Below, in pieces: positions 1 to 33,739 of a stretch of 64,000 bases of DNA. Positions within the stretch are counted from its first letter, which is position 1. Every line of letters begins with the position of its first letter. The translations under genes and the position numbers were made by a program. A model generated the notes under the pieces. It was not told the DNA's origin. It did no database searches and saw nothing but the letters and a program-made list of their open reading frames with translations. The stretch comes from Paraspadella gotoi (taxonomy: Eukaryota > Animalia > Chaetognatha), in contig CM119270.1 of assembly GCA_051294375.1 (NCBI GenBank), positions 12,620,497 through 12,684,496 of the forward strand, in the 5' to 3' direction.

Positions 1-1847
1 CGGATTCCCGCGCCGCTTCGGTTTCCGCTTCCGCTGCAGCCGCCGCTGCAGACGCTGCCGCTTCGGCGGCGGCGATGGCTTCAGCGTCGTCAACTTTGGG
101 CGGCGGCGCAGTTTTGGGTCGTGAAGGAGCCTCGTCCGGTTCGGGAGGAGGAGCTTAAAAATGTATAGTATACATTAACATTTTATATTGTCGCTTTAAA
201 CCAAAAACCTTCTGTCAGACCCTTTTACACACCCAATACCCACCACATCCAAATCGTCCTGTCCCACTCGTCCACACCATCCACAATCCTCTCCCATGTC
301 ACGTCATGTTTAGTTCACCTTCTCTCATGCTTTCTCCATCATTTCACATTTCATTGTGTATCCTCTCTCAAGCCATCCACCATTATTTCGAAATGCCTCA
401 CCCTACGTCATGTTCACCCTTTGTCAAACCTTGCTCCATCCTCTTCCACGCCTTCCCCTCCGTCATGTCAAACCCTTAAATGCCATTCAACATCGTTCTC
501 CCATGCCTTACCCTCCTCCATGAACGCCAACTCCCCGGCGATGGAGTTGGCGTCGTCCGTCCCGATCGCCATGATCGAGGCCTCCACTCGCTCGATCTCA
601 GCGACCTCCGTCGACGCGTCAGCCATCGTGATCATCGCCGCTAAGGGGGGAGGGGAATCTTCATCATCATCATCATCATCATCAGCTTCAACAGAATCAT
701 AAATTATTATCGCTGATGCCCCATAGAGCTTACATTTTTTTCGGCAAATGCTTGTATCTTATTCTCATCGCATCTCCACTCATTCCGCACTCACCAGTTT
801 CTTGGATGTCGATGTCCACTTTTTCTTGAGTCTCCGCCTCGACTTTGTTCTTCATCAGCGTCAGCCTCTCGGTGCGCAATTCCGTCTCCTTCAGCTTGCA
901 CGCCTCCACCACGTTCTTGAAATCCTCCGAGATGCGGACGCTGAGGACCTGAGATCATTGGGGGGGGGCGGCGGTTGGGGGGGGGAAAAGAGAACTCATG
1001 GATGAAAATAAAAAAGATTCGGTTCTTGTTTGTTCTACTATGCTAGATTATATTTTATAACTATGAAATGTTATATTTATGTAAATATTGTATATTAGAA
1101 TTGAGAGAGGGATGTTCATGCTGTCTTCTGGCAAACAAAAGGGAGCGTCTATAAAACCCAACGTATGTAACGTTGTAACATTGTCATGACTACCAAACCA
1201 ACAACTTTCTCACTCACGTGTTTTATCCAACTGAGAAGTCCTTCCGCTCGTTGATAGGAGGTGTAATAGAGTTTGTAAGCCATCGTGTATCGGTGCTGAA
1301 AGGTTTTTAAAAAGACGATCAACGGATTATTTGAATTCATGGCCTTTAAAGGAAACTCATTTCTATTTGTATTCATGGCTTTTAAAGGTAACCTATTTCT
1401 ATTTATATTCATGGCCTTTTAAGGTAACTCATTTCTATTTGTATTCATAGCTTTTAAAGGTAACCTATTTCTATTTATATTCATGGCCTTTTAAGGTAAC
1501 TCATTTTTATTTGTATTCATAGCCTTTAAAGGTAACTTATTTTTATTTGTATTCATGGCCTTTAAAGGTAACTCATTTCTATTTGTATTCATGGCCTTTA
1601 AAGGTAACTTATTTCTATTTGTATTCATGGCCTTTAAAGGTAACTTATTTCTATTCGTATTCATGGCCTTTAAAGGTAACTTATTTCTATTCGTATTCAT
1701 GGCCTTTAAAGGTAACTCATTTCTATTTCTATTCATACCTGGGTAACCATATCCGTGTAGATGTAGTCTATCGCCAGAGCAAGAGTTTCGACCTGGTGGA
1801 ATTGTTACTCTGGATGAAATCTTGAAAGGAGTTTTGACTCTCTTTTA

Positions 1848-1935
<88 letters not shown>

Positions 1936-2135
1936 TCACCTCCGGCGGTTTAAGGTAAGGGAAATCGATGGTGTGCAAGAGTGACTGGGTGTTTTTGAGT
2001 CCGTTGATTGCGAGAACGAGATGGTGTCGGGCCGTGTGGGCGAATTGATAGCGTCGCTTGGGTTCGCTGTGAGAAAAGGGAGGAGAGAGAGAGAGAGCGA
2101 GAGAGACAGAGAGAGAGAGAGCGAGAGAGAGAGAG

Positions 2136-2172
<37 letters not shown>

Positions 2173-4671
2173 TAACGGACATGAATCGCTCTGCTTTGTT
2201 GTTAACAACCGCAATAAAATTTGGGTGGGAATTGCGTTTCATCAGGGAAAAGACGAGCGGCATCGTGGAACCAAATGACGAAAACGGAAACATCTGAATG
2301 GCAACCACGAGGTCGGAGAAGAATTTTTCAATTGTTGCTTGATAAATAAACAAATATTGGTACTTTGGTAGGCTCTCATTATAAATTTTACATAGTGAAA
2401 GGCAAAGCGATCTAAGCTGACAATATTTGCTACATAATATCAAAAAATTTATATATATAATACAAAATATTTTTGATGTTTATGAATAATTTTAATTACG
2501 TCCGTATTTCGACTTATTATTCCAAGTCATCATCAGAAAAATAAGTCGAAATATTTGGCAAAAATAATTTTTTTGTCTTTGGTCTTTTTTTTTGTCTCTT
2601 TCATTAAATAAATTAAACTTATTCATAGTAATACTTTCGGTGTGGGTGAGAGATAATAAATCAATCAAACATTTTATCGCGTAAACAAAAAGCGGTTTTC
2701 TCAAGCAACCAATCAATACATCGACCCTCGGCTTTACCTCGCGGGCACGGAGGCCAAGTGGTACCAGGTCTGCACCGCGGCGTAGAGTCTTGACGCCGCC
2801 TGCTTGGTCAATTCCGACGACGTCGTCCACTTGTGATTCGCGACGGCGATTCTTTGTTTTCGATCCTGAGTCGAAGATTAAATTATTATTTATTAATAAT
2901 TCCATCATTTAATGTACTGAAAAATTTATTATTCATTTTTATGAGAAGAAAAACTCATGCACATATGGATAAATTGACCATTTAATCGGATTGTGAACGA
3001 AAATTCAATAAAGTTAAACTGAAGTGAAAACCTATAAAATCTTTTTTCAGCAGCGTAGTGGATAATTAACATCTGCCCATCACTCCATCAGCCCCATTAC
3101 ACAATCACATTACACATACACATTACTCCATCGTTACAAATTACTCCATCACCTCCAAAGCGTCCAGCTCCGTCTCCAGCCGCTCCTCCTCGCTGCTGCC
3201 GTAATCGCCGAAGATGGAGGCCATCATCCTATCGTGCTGCAGCTGCACCTCCAAGAACCTCTTGCTCTTCCGCTGCAGCAGCTGTACCAGCGTCCCCTTA
3301 GCGTCTCTGGTCTGCTGCGTCAAGTCAACTTCTTTCTTGGCGATCTCTTGTCGGTTCAGAGCCGCGAGGTACTCCTCCTGCGAACAAAAACAATTCTTGT
3401 TCAATTCAGAGTAAAATCTCAATAGCAAATGTAATTGAGCAATCAAAGTTCTTCTAAAAATGTACCACATTGATCACTTAAAACTTAGTATCAAACCTGT
3501 TCTTTTTTGTGCATGATTTCGTAATCCGGAGTTTGTTTAAAGTATTGTTCCACTTGTATAACGTCGTTGTATTCCTTGTATCTGTATAATTATAATGATT
3601 ATAATTTAAAACGACTTGGGATAACATAAACGTACATTTTTTAAAAAAGATACAACTAAAACCCACGTGATCTGCTGGTGTTCCACCAGTTTTTGTTGCT
3701 TCTCCAGCAGGACCCGCTCAAGCTCCACTAATTCCTCCTTGGCCTGCTCCAGCCGTTTCAACGGGTTCGACTCCATCAAGGTCTTGAGCTCATACTCCAG
3801 AGCGATGAACCGCGACAGCACTTCCTTTGTCATCTGGATGGGCTCTGGAAGGGGTGTAGGATAGTGGGGTCAAACTTTCTTAAAGTTTTAAATACCTAAA
3901 GAAATTTTTAGTCTGTCATTTCGCCTTTAGAAATCAAACATTTCCTACTAGTATCTTTTTATGTATTAAGTATTAAAATAGTTTTTCAAGCACTACTAGT
4001 TCATGATTCAATCTAATATTTTTTGATACTGGTAGGATTTGTGTCTCGTAATAGTTTATTATTGATTCGGTCTTGCATACCAGATTGGAAAATAATAAAA
4101 ACAAAGTAGATTTAATAATTTATTAATTGTGAAATACCACTGTAATTCTGTCTGTTTGCACCTCAGAGGAAGACAGAGAACTTCGAAGTTCAGTGCAATT
4201 CACAATGAATAAATTATTAAATCTACTTTGTTTTTATTATTTTTCAATCTGGTATGCAAGACCGAATCAATAATAAACTATTACTAGACAAATATTTTTT
4301 ATGTTCTTCTAAATATAACATGTAAATTGAATTTCAAATCAAGTTCCAATCACCTTGATCCGGACTCATGACTCTGCTTCTGTTGGAGTGATTGGATCCT
4401 CGACTCGGAGATCGAATCTCCAGACTTTGATTGGACACGGCCGCCTGAAAAGAACGACAAAGAAAGATTTCCCTGTCTCTTCTCCTTTTGTTCTCTTTTT
4501 GTCCCTGTCACGCTTTACCAGGTGCGGTTGCGACGCCGTCGACTGTGGGGGAATCTGCTGGGGTTGCGCCGGTTGCTGCTGTTGAAGGAAGGCGGCGGGC
4601 TGTTGTGGCTGCTGTTGATAGCCGATGTTGGGATAAACGACTTGAGTTTGTTGATAACCGGTGACTATCAT
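1..4671 (-). CDS. Multi-exon gene for an uncharacterised coiled-coil protein, 3' end outside the window. Exons 4671-4519, 4444-4354, 3844-3667, 3581-3497, 3377-3153, 2865-2738, 2066-1940, 1792-1739, 1295-1218, 948-795, 640-512, 153-<1
   Basis: All introns are GT-AG with matching phases and splice into one open frame: MIVTGYQQ...SQPHL/AAVSNQ...SPDQ/EPIQMTKEVLSRFIALEYELK...QQIT/YKEYNDV...KKEQ/EEYLAALNRQEIAKKE...IFGDYGSSEEERLETELDALE/DRKQRIAVANHKW.../SEPKRRYQF...YLKPPE/VETLALAIDYIYTDMVTQ/HRYTMAY...WIKH/VLSVRISE...IQET/AAMITMAD...FMEE/APPPEPDE...AEAETEAARES. Exons are GC-richer than introns. No family recognised. Confidence 0.85.
1325..1738. repeat. Intronic 36-bp minisatellite, about 11 copies (TTTAAAGGTAACTYATTTCTATTYGTATTCATGGCC)
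   Basis: Head-to-tail units without spacers fill most of intron 1296-1738. Confidence 0.95.
4038..4292. mobile_element. Intronic foldback / MITE-like inverted repeat with ~95-100 bp arms
   Basis: TAATAGTTTATTATTGATTCGGTCTTGCATACCAGATTG... (4049-4142) is the near-perfect reverse complement of 4191-4283, with a ~50-bp spacer. No clear TSD. Confidence 0.7.
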
Positions 4672-4876
4672 CGATTTGCCCTGTTGTTGTCAAAGAGGGA
4701 CTGAGTATTTATTGTATAAGTAAGTAAGTATTGATGAAATAATAGTATCATACTTGAGTCTGATTTTGAGGAAATCTTTGGTTTGTCGTCGTGGGCGCTG
4801 ATGCCGTGCACCCCATCCTCTCAGTTTTATAGTCCGTTTTATTTTTTTTTTTCTGATGTTTATTTATATTGATTTA

Positions 4877-5150
4877 CTGCTGGAAAATTACTACGAATTA
4901 CTAAAAAAAAAATTAACTGATAAGGGGGTTGCGCCGGTTGCTGTAGTTGAAGAACGGTGACGAACTGTTTTGGCTGCTGTTGGAAACAGGTGTTGGGATA
5001 AACGACTTGAGTTTGTTGATAACCGGTGACTATCATCGTTTTCCCCCTTTGTCAAAGATGGACAGAGTTTTTTTATATCTTTTTTTTTTCTTTCGATTCC
5101 CTGCTGGAGAATTAGGACGAATTACTAATAATAAAAAAATAACCGATTAG
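4877..5150 (-). pseudogene. Diverged partial tandem duplicate of the first coding exon of the minus-strand gene
   Basis: 4925-5065 matches 4560-4705 and reads MIVTGYQQTQVVYPNTCFQQQPKQFVTVLQLQQPAQPLIS*. The upstream acceptor-like ctcag is mutated to ctctg. Flank 4877-4920 is repeated at 5101-5150. Confidence 0.75.
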
Positions 5151-5899
5151 GTTTGAAATTTTAATAATAGTAACTGTATTACAGGTTTTTTCCGTTGATT
5201 GTTTTCTCAACATTCCACAACTCTTTGTCTTGTCATCGTCGATTCGTTATTCCTCCCGTCATTCCAGAACTTTCCTCTTTTCCACCATAAGATTGAGGCA
5301 AAAAAAAAACTTATATATCGTCAGACAGTTCCGGGCTAAACACGGAAAAAACACGCTTTACCATTCGACGCACGAACTCGGCCAATAAGAGGGCGCGATT
5401 GAACGTCACTCTGGGGATTCGACGAATCGGAGCGAAGATGACGAGCGACGATTGACCAATCGGAACCCGAGAAGGACTCCCGACGACGCGGGGTCGCTTG
5501 TGTTGATCCCTGTTTGATCGTCATGGTGACCAAACTCGGGTAAAAACATAGTAGATGTAAGTTGAGGATGAAATTTGAGGAGGAGGAGGAGGAGCAGGAG
5601 GAGGAGGAGGAGGAGGAGGAAGAAGAAGAGGTGGTGAGGATATATTTTAGAAAAATAATTCAATTGTGCATGAAGGAATTGATAATCAGTTGATGAGGGT
5701 ACATAAAAAATTATTAAGAGGAAGGAAATGAGACAAGAGAATAAAAGAGTACTACCATTAAAAAAAAAGAAAATAAATAAAATGAGAGGAAATTAATTTC
5801 TTTCCGATGTCTGTCTGAGTGAATCACGTGCCTTCGTGACGGGAAGAAGAATTAAATGATGGGACAAGAATTAAATGTCTTTTCTCTCATCTCGTCTCT

Positions 5900-6017
<118 letters not shown>

Positions 6018-6487
6018 CTTCTCTCTCTCTTCTTTCTACATTTGTCTCTTTCCCTTGAAATCACGTTGTAAACCGCCCCCCCTTCGCTCGTTCGAAAGTA
6101 AATAGAAGAGAATCGCTACGTACATAGGACCCGAGGTGCAGAACAAAGTTGGCATAAGAATCGCATAAAAGGTTTTTATGTCTCCGAACGGCGGCGCGGC
6201 CCGGCAGCGTTGCACGGCATGGCTGCGCGGCGCGGCGACTCGATCGCCCGAAAACTGGGAGCGATAAAAAGCTTGGAATCTAAGGAACGCGTTATGGAAG
6301 CGATGGAAGGGAAAGGAAAGAGACAAGAGAGCGATGCTTGGTTGAATCCTCTTTTTAAAAAAAAACAATCACTGGGAAACGGTTGGAAATTTATTGTTGG
6401 AGAGACATCTTGTGGTTGTGGTGGGAGGTTTATGTTTTGCCCGTTAGACTCGTACAGACGCCATTTTAAGAAAGAGAGAGAGAGGGA

Positions 6488-6540
<53 letters not shown>

Positions 6541-8814
6541 AGAGAGAGAGAGAGAAGGGAGAGAGAGGGAGAGAGAGAGAGCAATTCCCCTCCAAAGATA
6601 TCTACTTTTGTACTACTACTACTACTAAGTACCCACTTTTTCCCGCGGACGAGAAAAGACAAAAAACAAAAATTAAGGTAAACAAACAATTTTTATTGGA
6701 TTTTAATAAAAAAGACAAATTTATAAAAAAGAGGCAAAATCAAAAATTATTAACAACATGATTAAGAAAAGAAAGAAATTATTCTTACTAATATGTTAAT
6801 TTTCAATAAACCTTGTGAATACTGTGAATGGATCGATAATAACCCGCCATTGGAATTCCTCTCATTCTTTCACAGGAAACTAATGTGATTCTCGCGAAGC
6901 TTCGATAATTCCCTTCCCAGTCAATATTAACCTCGTGAAGGATTAGAAAAAAGAGTTCAATTTTCACAGAAAGGATTATTTCACAAACCCCGTCGTCGTT
7001 AATAGAATCAAACGAAAGAATTGTTCAGTGCGAAAGAATAATTACGGTAGCTAAGCTTAAAACATAGATCATAATATACTAGCATCTGGTCCTGATATCC
7101 TTTACTTACCCCGGCACGTCATTGTCCTCTTCCTCCTTCTTTCCCCACACTTACTCCTCCATATCCCCCTCACTTCCCATATAATTTCCTCACATTCTAC
7201 TGTTCCATTCCCCACGCCCCCCCTCTTCTCCTCCGCTACTTCATTTTCACTCCATAAAATCTCCACCAAATTTTCATATAGTTTTTTTCCCCCATTTTTT
7301 TTCTCTCTCTCTCTCTCTCTTTTTCTCCTAATTCGAATCCATTATTTTTTTCTCTTCTCATTTTCATTTCGTCTCGATTTTTTTTTCCTTTTATCTTCTT
7401 CGTTTCTTCTTCATTCGTCTTCCTCATCCACCTCCTCCTCCTCCTCCAGCTGCGCCTCCTCCTCCTCCCTCTTTTAACTCACCCACGCCGCAAAAGAAAC
7501 TCACTTTTTCACTCCCGACTTTTTAATCTCGCGTCTTTCGAATTAACATCTGTTTGTTCATCGATTAAAACGAAGGCGACGAGAAGTTTAAGAAAAAAAA
7601 AACATTTTTCATGACGGACACTTGGTACAGGGTGTCTCGCCATCAACTAATGTGGAAAGATCTTGTCAATACTGTGTTGTTCGCTGTCTTTAAAATTCCG
7701 CGACAATAAATAATAAATAATGATAATCATAACATTAGTGTATGTACATATAAATATCGGTTATCCCTCTGGTAAACATTGCCCGGTTAAAAAACCGTAA
7801 CAAGTATCCATTTTTTAAAAATAATTTGAATGATGATATTTATTTTTTTTAAAGGTTACACAAGTTAAGATAAACTAAACATTTACAGCGTTTGCAGCTA
7901 CTATTAATTAGGCAACTTAACTTGTTAGAACGCGCGTAAAACAAATTGACCGACATCTTTAATTTGCTAACAGGAATTTAAGTTAATGATTCTCTTTCTT
8001 TACTATTTTTTTTTACCTTTAAATACGATTTTTCGCGAGCGAAATCCTCGTTTTTCTTCTCCCTTCTCACCTCGATTAATGTCTACGCGGAGTTCGGAGC
8101 AAAATGCGAAAATCCAAATCGCCAAAACATCAAGAGAGAAAAAAAAAGACATTTTAAAGCAAAAAAAGCGATGATCTCTGTCGCCTAGCAACCGAGGACC
8201 TGTTCTTAAAGTGTTTGTCTGTCACAGAGAAACAGACATTTGCGCTGGTAGACAACGTAGATTCAGCGGGTGAACGCGGATTACTTTAATTACTTCAATT
8301 CCCTCCATTCTACGTCAGCGATATTCGCTATCGAGCCTGTCGCTTGTTCAAGACAAAGACAACGACGACCACCACGACCACAACGACCACAACGACAACA
8401 ACGACAACAAAGACAACAACGACAACAACGACAACAATTTTACGAGAGTCCTCTCTACTCTTGACCGCATCGTTCGTCCATCGGATTCTGTGATAAAGAA
8501 AAAAAAAGAGTTGGCCCGAGTCGATTCTTATCTGACCTTCCGACCCTGAAGTCTAATTCCCCCCTCCCCCCTGCGGACCAGCCCCCCCTCGTCTTCTTCT
8601 TCGTCTCAGCCGGAAAAAAAAGGAAAAAATAGACTCACCTCTTCTCATTTTCTTGGGTAAGACTAGAAAATTTCGGACTTACCCTCAACTTCATCGTCGT
8701 CGTCGTCGTCGACAGTCGACAGTCTTTGTCTTTGTCATCATCAGTGTCATTGTCATAATCATGATTGTCAAGGAACTCGTTCTTCTAATCAATAATCCTT
8801 TTAATCATCTTCAT

Positions 8815-8972
8815 CGTCTTCTCCATCATCAACATCATCATCATCATCATCAGCTTCATCATCATCATCATTCTCATCATCATCATCATCGTCATCTCCA
8901 TCATCAACATCATCATCATCATTATCATCATCATCATCAGCTTCATCATCATCATCATTCTCATCATCATCG
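8815..8972. repeat. (CAT)n microsatellite
   Basis: Imperfect trinucleotide run; source of the poly-His and poly-Met ORFs. Confidence 0.9.
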
Positions 8973-9608
8973 ACCTCACTTCTCGACTTCGCATCTTCGC
9001 GACTTAAATCAACTTTTTTTTCTTATCTCGACCCTCAAGTGGGGTGGTCCACCTTCGCCAACTCCCCCTTAGCAGGTTGGCCATTTGGTCATTTCGCGAG
9101 GCGTCTCTCTCGTCATCGACTGCGTTGTCTTATAATTATTATGTATATATATCTTGTCGTATCCTTTAGGTCACGATTACTATTTCTCGTTTATTTATCA
9201 ATTTTTCCATTTATTAAATCTTATTTTCTATTGGAATTTTTGTAATTTATATCGAACCAACACTTTCTACCTCTTCACGAATTTTCCTTTACAGTTCAAA
9301 ATAACATCGAATCAAATGAACGTTAAAATTATACTAATTACTTAATAAAGAGTCTCTAATAAATAATAAGCAACAAAATTAAATTAAATTAGACGCAGCA
9401 GTCAATTTTTTTTGGTTGCAATGGAATCGTTTTTCTCGTCGTCGTGACGAAACGAAAGGCAGCAACATGACCTTTTACTCGCATCAATGGCGGAAAGGTA
9501 AGATTAAGTTGAAATGGAATACAAGTGCTATGAACTGCAAAAAGTACAATAACAAAATCACGCATTTTAAATACAAAATAGTTCAATTTTGTTGTACAAA
9601 TTATTCAG

Positions 9609-9673
9609 AATCCGAAGAGGAGGACGACTATCAGTATTACCCAGAAAAATGCAAAGGAATGTCTCAACCGGAG
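9609..9673 (+). CDS. Candidate upstream exon of the PH-domain gene
   Basis: Bounded by ttcag and gtaaat. One frame (NPKRRTTISITQKNAKECLNRR) ends in phase 2, matching the exon at 13029. The start codon or upstream exon is not resolved. Confidence 0.35.
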
Positions 9674-10941
9674 GTAAATGTATATTGTATTTGTAAAAGC
9701 TATTTGACATTCCATTCTAATAAAGTATTTTATCATCTTACTTTTAAAAGTGTTTGTTCACGTTTTGTTTATATTGAAACTGAAGGAAAAGAAAAATCAA
9801 GACAAAAGCACTCTGTTTCGTTAAAGAACTAATTTCTAGTCTGGAAGGGAAACCAAAGGCCCTCTGTTATTGTCGTTTTGCATTGAAAACCAAATCAGAT
9901 CCGTCAAGTTTTTTTTTTAGTTTTTTTTTTCTCTCTCTTTCTTTTTCTCTTTACGAAGAATAAATCGGTTTAACTAAATTGCATTCTTGTCAATATTAAA
10001 CCGTCGTAAAAATACTTTCGCTTTTTTATAATCTTCAGTACTATAATTTTTTGGATTAGCTTTTTTTTTAAGGCCGAAAAAAAATTTAGCCTCGAGTCAC
10101 GTTTCAATCCGAAACAAATCTCTTTTTATGTCAGTTTGAAAATTAAACATAAGATTACACGAAAAAAGTAAGAAAAAAAAACATTAATCGAAACGTTTTG
10201 ACGATTTGTTTTTTTTTTTTTTTTTCATCGAATTACTTTGTGTCTATGAAAATAGATAAGTTGACGTCGTATTCTTTTTGTTTTTACGTTCAACGGTTTA
10301 GTTTTTATGCTTCTTTGTTGACTTCTCTCGTTCAAGTGTTAAAAAAAAATGAGGGGGGAGAGAGATAATGGAAGAGGTTGTGAAAAAGAGAATGACGAAC
10401 ATGGAAAAATAAAGAGATAGGGAAGTCAAACAAATCGTGAAAAAAAAAAATCTTTAAAAAAAATCATAAAAAAAACTGTGGATTCCCAGGTGTTTTTTTT
10501 TTCTTTTTTTTTTCTTCCTCCCATCTCTCTTTCTTTCTTTAATTTTCTCTTTCTGTTTCAGTTGTTCTTTCTCTTACTTTTCTTTTTTTTTTTCTCTTGT
10601 CAACACAAACAGTACAAACGTCGAAGGAATTCGTAAAAAACACAAGATTTTTTTAGTTCACAAAATTATTATATAATGGAGTACATGTATATCTTTGTAC
10701 AAAAGTCTTTCTACATATTTGGCGTAATTATCTCCGACTCCCACACGAAAAAAAAAATACACATTTCTTCATCTCACTAATATCATTTTAATTTGATTCG
10801 GGTACAGTGCAATCTGCTTGCAACGCCTCCAATCACACACAAAAAAATGTTTTTTTGGCAACAGTTGCGAAAATTAGCACAAATATCTCGTGAAATTCCA
10901 GCCAGACAGTAGATAAAGAACATATTACAAAAGAATACGAA

Positions 10942-10993
<52 letters not shown>

Positions 10994-11428
10994 TCTCACT
11001 CTTTCTCTCTCTCGGCGAACCTGATGCCTCAACTGTTTTTTCTTTACACGAAACGTATAACGAATGAAGAGAAAAAAGATAAATGAAGCCAAAAATAAAG
11101 ACTTTGATAAATTAATAGAAAGTGTAAAACTTTCGACGCTGGAGGGAAGGTTTTGGTCGATGAGGAAAGGAGGCAGAGGTGAGGAAACAAGAAGGAATAA
11201 GAAAGTTTAGTAAATGATTGTAGTTGTTGTTATATTCAGTGACAAAAATCACTTTGTAAAGGGGAAGAAAGACATCGACGATATCATTAAACTTAAAGCG
11301 ACTAATATTTTTTTTATTTCTATAAAATGATATAATTCTTGACAATACGGCGGCACAGCTCATCTAGATTGAGTTCAATACTCATTAAACTGTATCGCAA
11401 TATTATTATCATTGCTATTGATATAATA

Positions 11429-11475
<47 letters not shown>

Positions 11476-13028
11476 TCGAATTTAAACCTCATTTGAGAAA
11501 TCAAACTCGTTTTCTTTTTTTTTCAGATTTTGCTCAAACAAATATTTTCTATGTTGGAGAAGATGAGAAGTCAACACGAGACCGATTTTCTTCTTTTGCC
11601 CAAAAATTCAAAGGTCAGGATTTTTTTTAGTTCATTTTTTTTTTAATCCGAAGAAACGGGAACGAGAGACTAAAGACGTAACGATTTTCCACTTGAGCTT
11701 GGGTTACTTCTTTTTTCAAAAAGTAGTATTCCCTACGTGAATCGAATCGCCGGCTCGACCGGGCGGCGGGTTTTTTTTTTCTTCTTTTTTTATTTGCTCA
11801 GATGAGCGGAAACAGAATTTTTTTTTTCCTCTTTTTTTAATTTTTTTTTTCTTTTTAATTTGTTCTTTTTTTTTTAAGTCGATTCCACCGTCGGATTTTG
11901 AGTCCAACTTACTTCAATTCCGCCAAATTTATTTTCATTTACTCTTTTTCTTTCTTTTTTTTTTTTTAAATTTCTTCCGATGATCAATTGAATTCCCACC
12001 GATTTCCATCCTTCGTCCACGAAGAGAAATTAACTTGTTAAAATAAAGCGACATCTCCTTTTCATTCATCACATCACATTAATTCACTCTTCCTTTTCAT
12101 TCATCACATCACATTATTTCACTCTTCCTTCTCCTTCATTAATTTTTTTTCACTCATTATTTTCAATCAACTCTAAAACCATTCTCTTATCTTAACTTCG
12201 CTCTTTCTCTTCTTTTTTTCTCTCCTTTTTTCATCTCTTCTTTTTTCTTCCTTATTCTCTTAATTTCGCTCTTTCTCTTCTTTTCTTCTCTCCTTTTTTC
12301 ATTTCTTCTCTATTCTCTTAACTTCGCTCTTTCTCTTCTTTTCTTCTCTCCTTTTTTCATCTCTTCTCTTTTCTTCTCTATTTTCTTAACTTCACTTCTT
12401 CTCTTCTCTTTCTCTATATTTTTTTTCCTCGTATGTCTCCTCTTCACGTCACATCTCTTCTCTATTCTATTCTTCTCTTCACTTCTTTCTCTTTTCTCCT
12501 CCTTTCTTCTCTTTTCTTTTCTCTCTCCTTTTCTTTTTTCTTCGTTTCTTTTTTCTTTTTTCTCTTCTCTCTTCTTTTCTTCTTTTTCTTTTCTTTTATC
12601 CTTTTTTCTTCTTTCTCTTCGCTCTTTTTTTCTTCTCTTTTCTTTTCCTTTTTCTGTTTTCTTCTCTTCTTTTCTTCTCTTTTCTCTCTTCTTTTCTTAT
12701 CTTTTCTTTTCTTTTCTCATTTTTTCCTCTCTTCTCTTTTCTTTGTTTTCTTTTCTTTCCTTCTCTCCTTTTCTCTTCTCTGCCCTTCTCTTTTCTCCTC
12801 TTCTTTTCTGCGTTCTCTGTTCTGTTCTGTTCTTGTCTCTTTCTCTTCTCTTCTCTTCTCTTCTCTTCTCTTCTCTTCTCTTCCTCTTCTCTTCTCTTCT
12901 CCTCTCTTTTTTCTTCTCCTTTTTCTCTTTCCTTCTTTTTTAACTCTTTACTTCCTTATTCAAATCCCGACCCCCACCTCACTCACCCCCCAACCACCCT
13001 ACAACCCCTTCTCCCCCCCCACCCCCAG

Positions 13029-32625
<19,597 letters not shown>

Positions 32626-33372
32626 CAATGACAAATGACAATGACAATGACAATGACAATGACAAATTCCGGCGTCCGACGGAAACTCTTATGACAACGA
32701 CAAAAAGAACAATATGAAAAAGGACAATAACGATCGCATCGACCGCTCCCTTTAGACTGCATTCAGGCAGGCAGCGTTCAACACGTATTGAAATGTTGTT
32801 AACTATTAGTTTTCCATTTGTAAAATTGAAACTTTAAATGAATTTCGTTAACCCGTACAACTATGTTAGTAATTTTTTATTCAAAAGTTATTCCAAAAGA
32901 ATAAAAATGCGTTAACTTTAATTTGAAAACTCGATTTCGTCAAAGTTTATGTATCCAATACTCAGTTAATTCCGAGTTTTAACTGAGGCCATTGAAAAAG
33001 ACTTCCATCGATATAGTTAAAGCAGTACATTCAACAGGACATATAGATAAAGAGACTAATTATATTTTACTAAGTAAGAAGTTTGAAATAATAGGTTAAC
33101 AAAACAGAGAAAAGGAAAATTAACAATATGCTAACAAAATATTTAGAATATACATAGAACAGTGAATTAAAATAATATTCAACAGTTTGCAGTGACGTTG
33201 AAGATGCAGCATCAGGTTGGAATCGTCTTCGGCGCCGACCAGACGACGTCATTGATGTGACAATTGGTTTGTGAGAGATCGAGACAATTAACCAATCAAC
33301 GATCGAGGAATGAGGATCGTATCGATTAATGTGAAAAAAGTCATGAACGTTGAGAGGCAGAGCAGAGAGAGA

Positions 33373-33410
<38 letters not shown>

Positions 33411-33654
33411 GCAGAGTCCCTCTCGGATCGTAGAACCGGGACCCAATCCCCTTCAACGAAGCGAATCTCTTCTCCCTCCGATTATAAACTCTTCGGGATT
33501 TTTACGCTAATTTCATCTCCTTTGAGCGATGGACCAATCACCGGCCGAGTTAGAACACCGACCTATCACAAAACTCGATCCGACATCGACCAATCAGTCG
33601 ACGAGATTCTTTCACCGGTCGGTTTTTGCCGGTGAAAATTTTCTCTCCTCTCTA

Positions 33655-33739
<85 letters not shown>

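Noticed and set aside
1325-1738. 36-bp repeats resembling a CRISPR array
   Set aside because: Units are head-to-tail without unique spacers, lie in a spliceosomal intron, and no cas genes are present.
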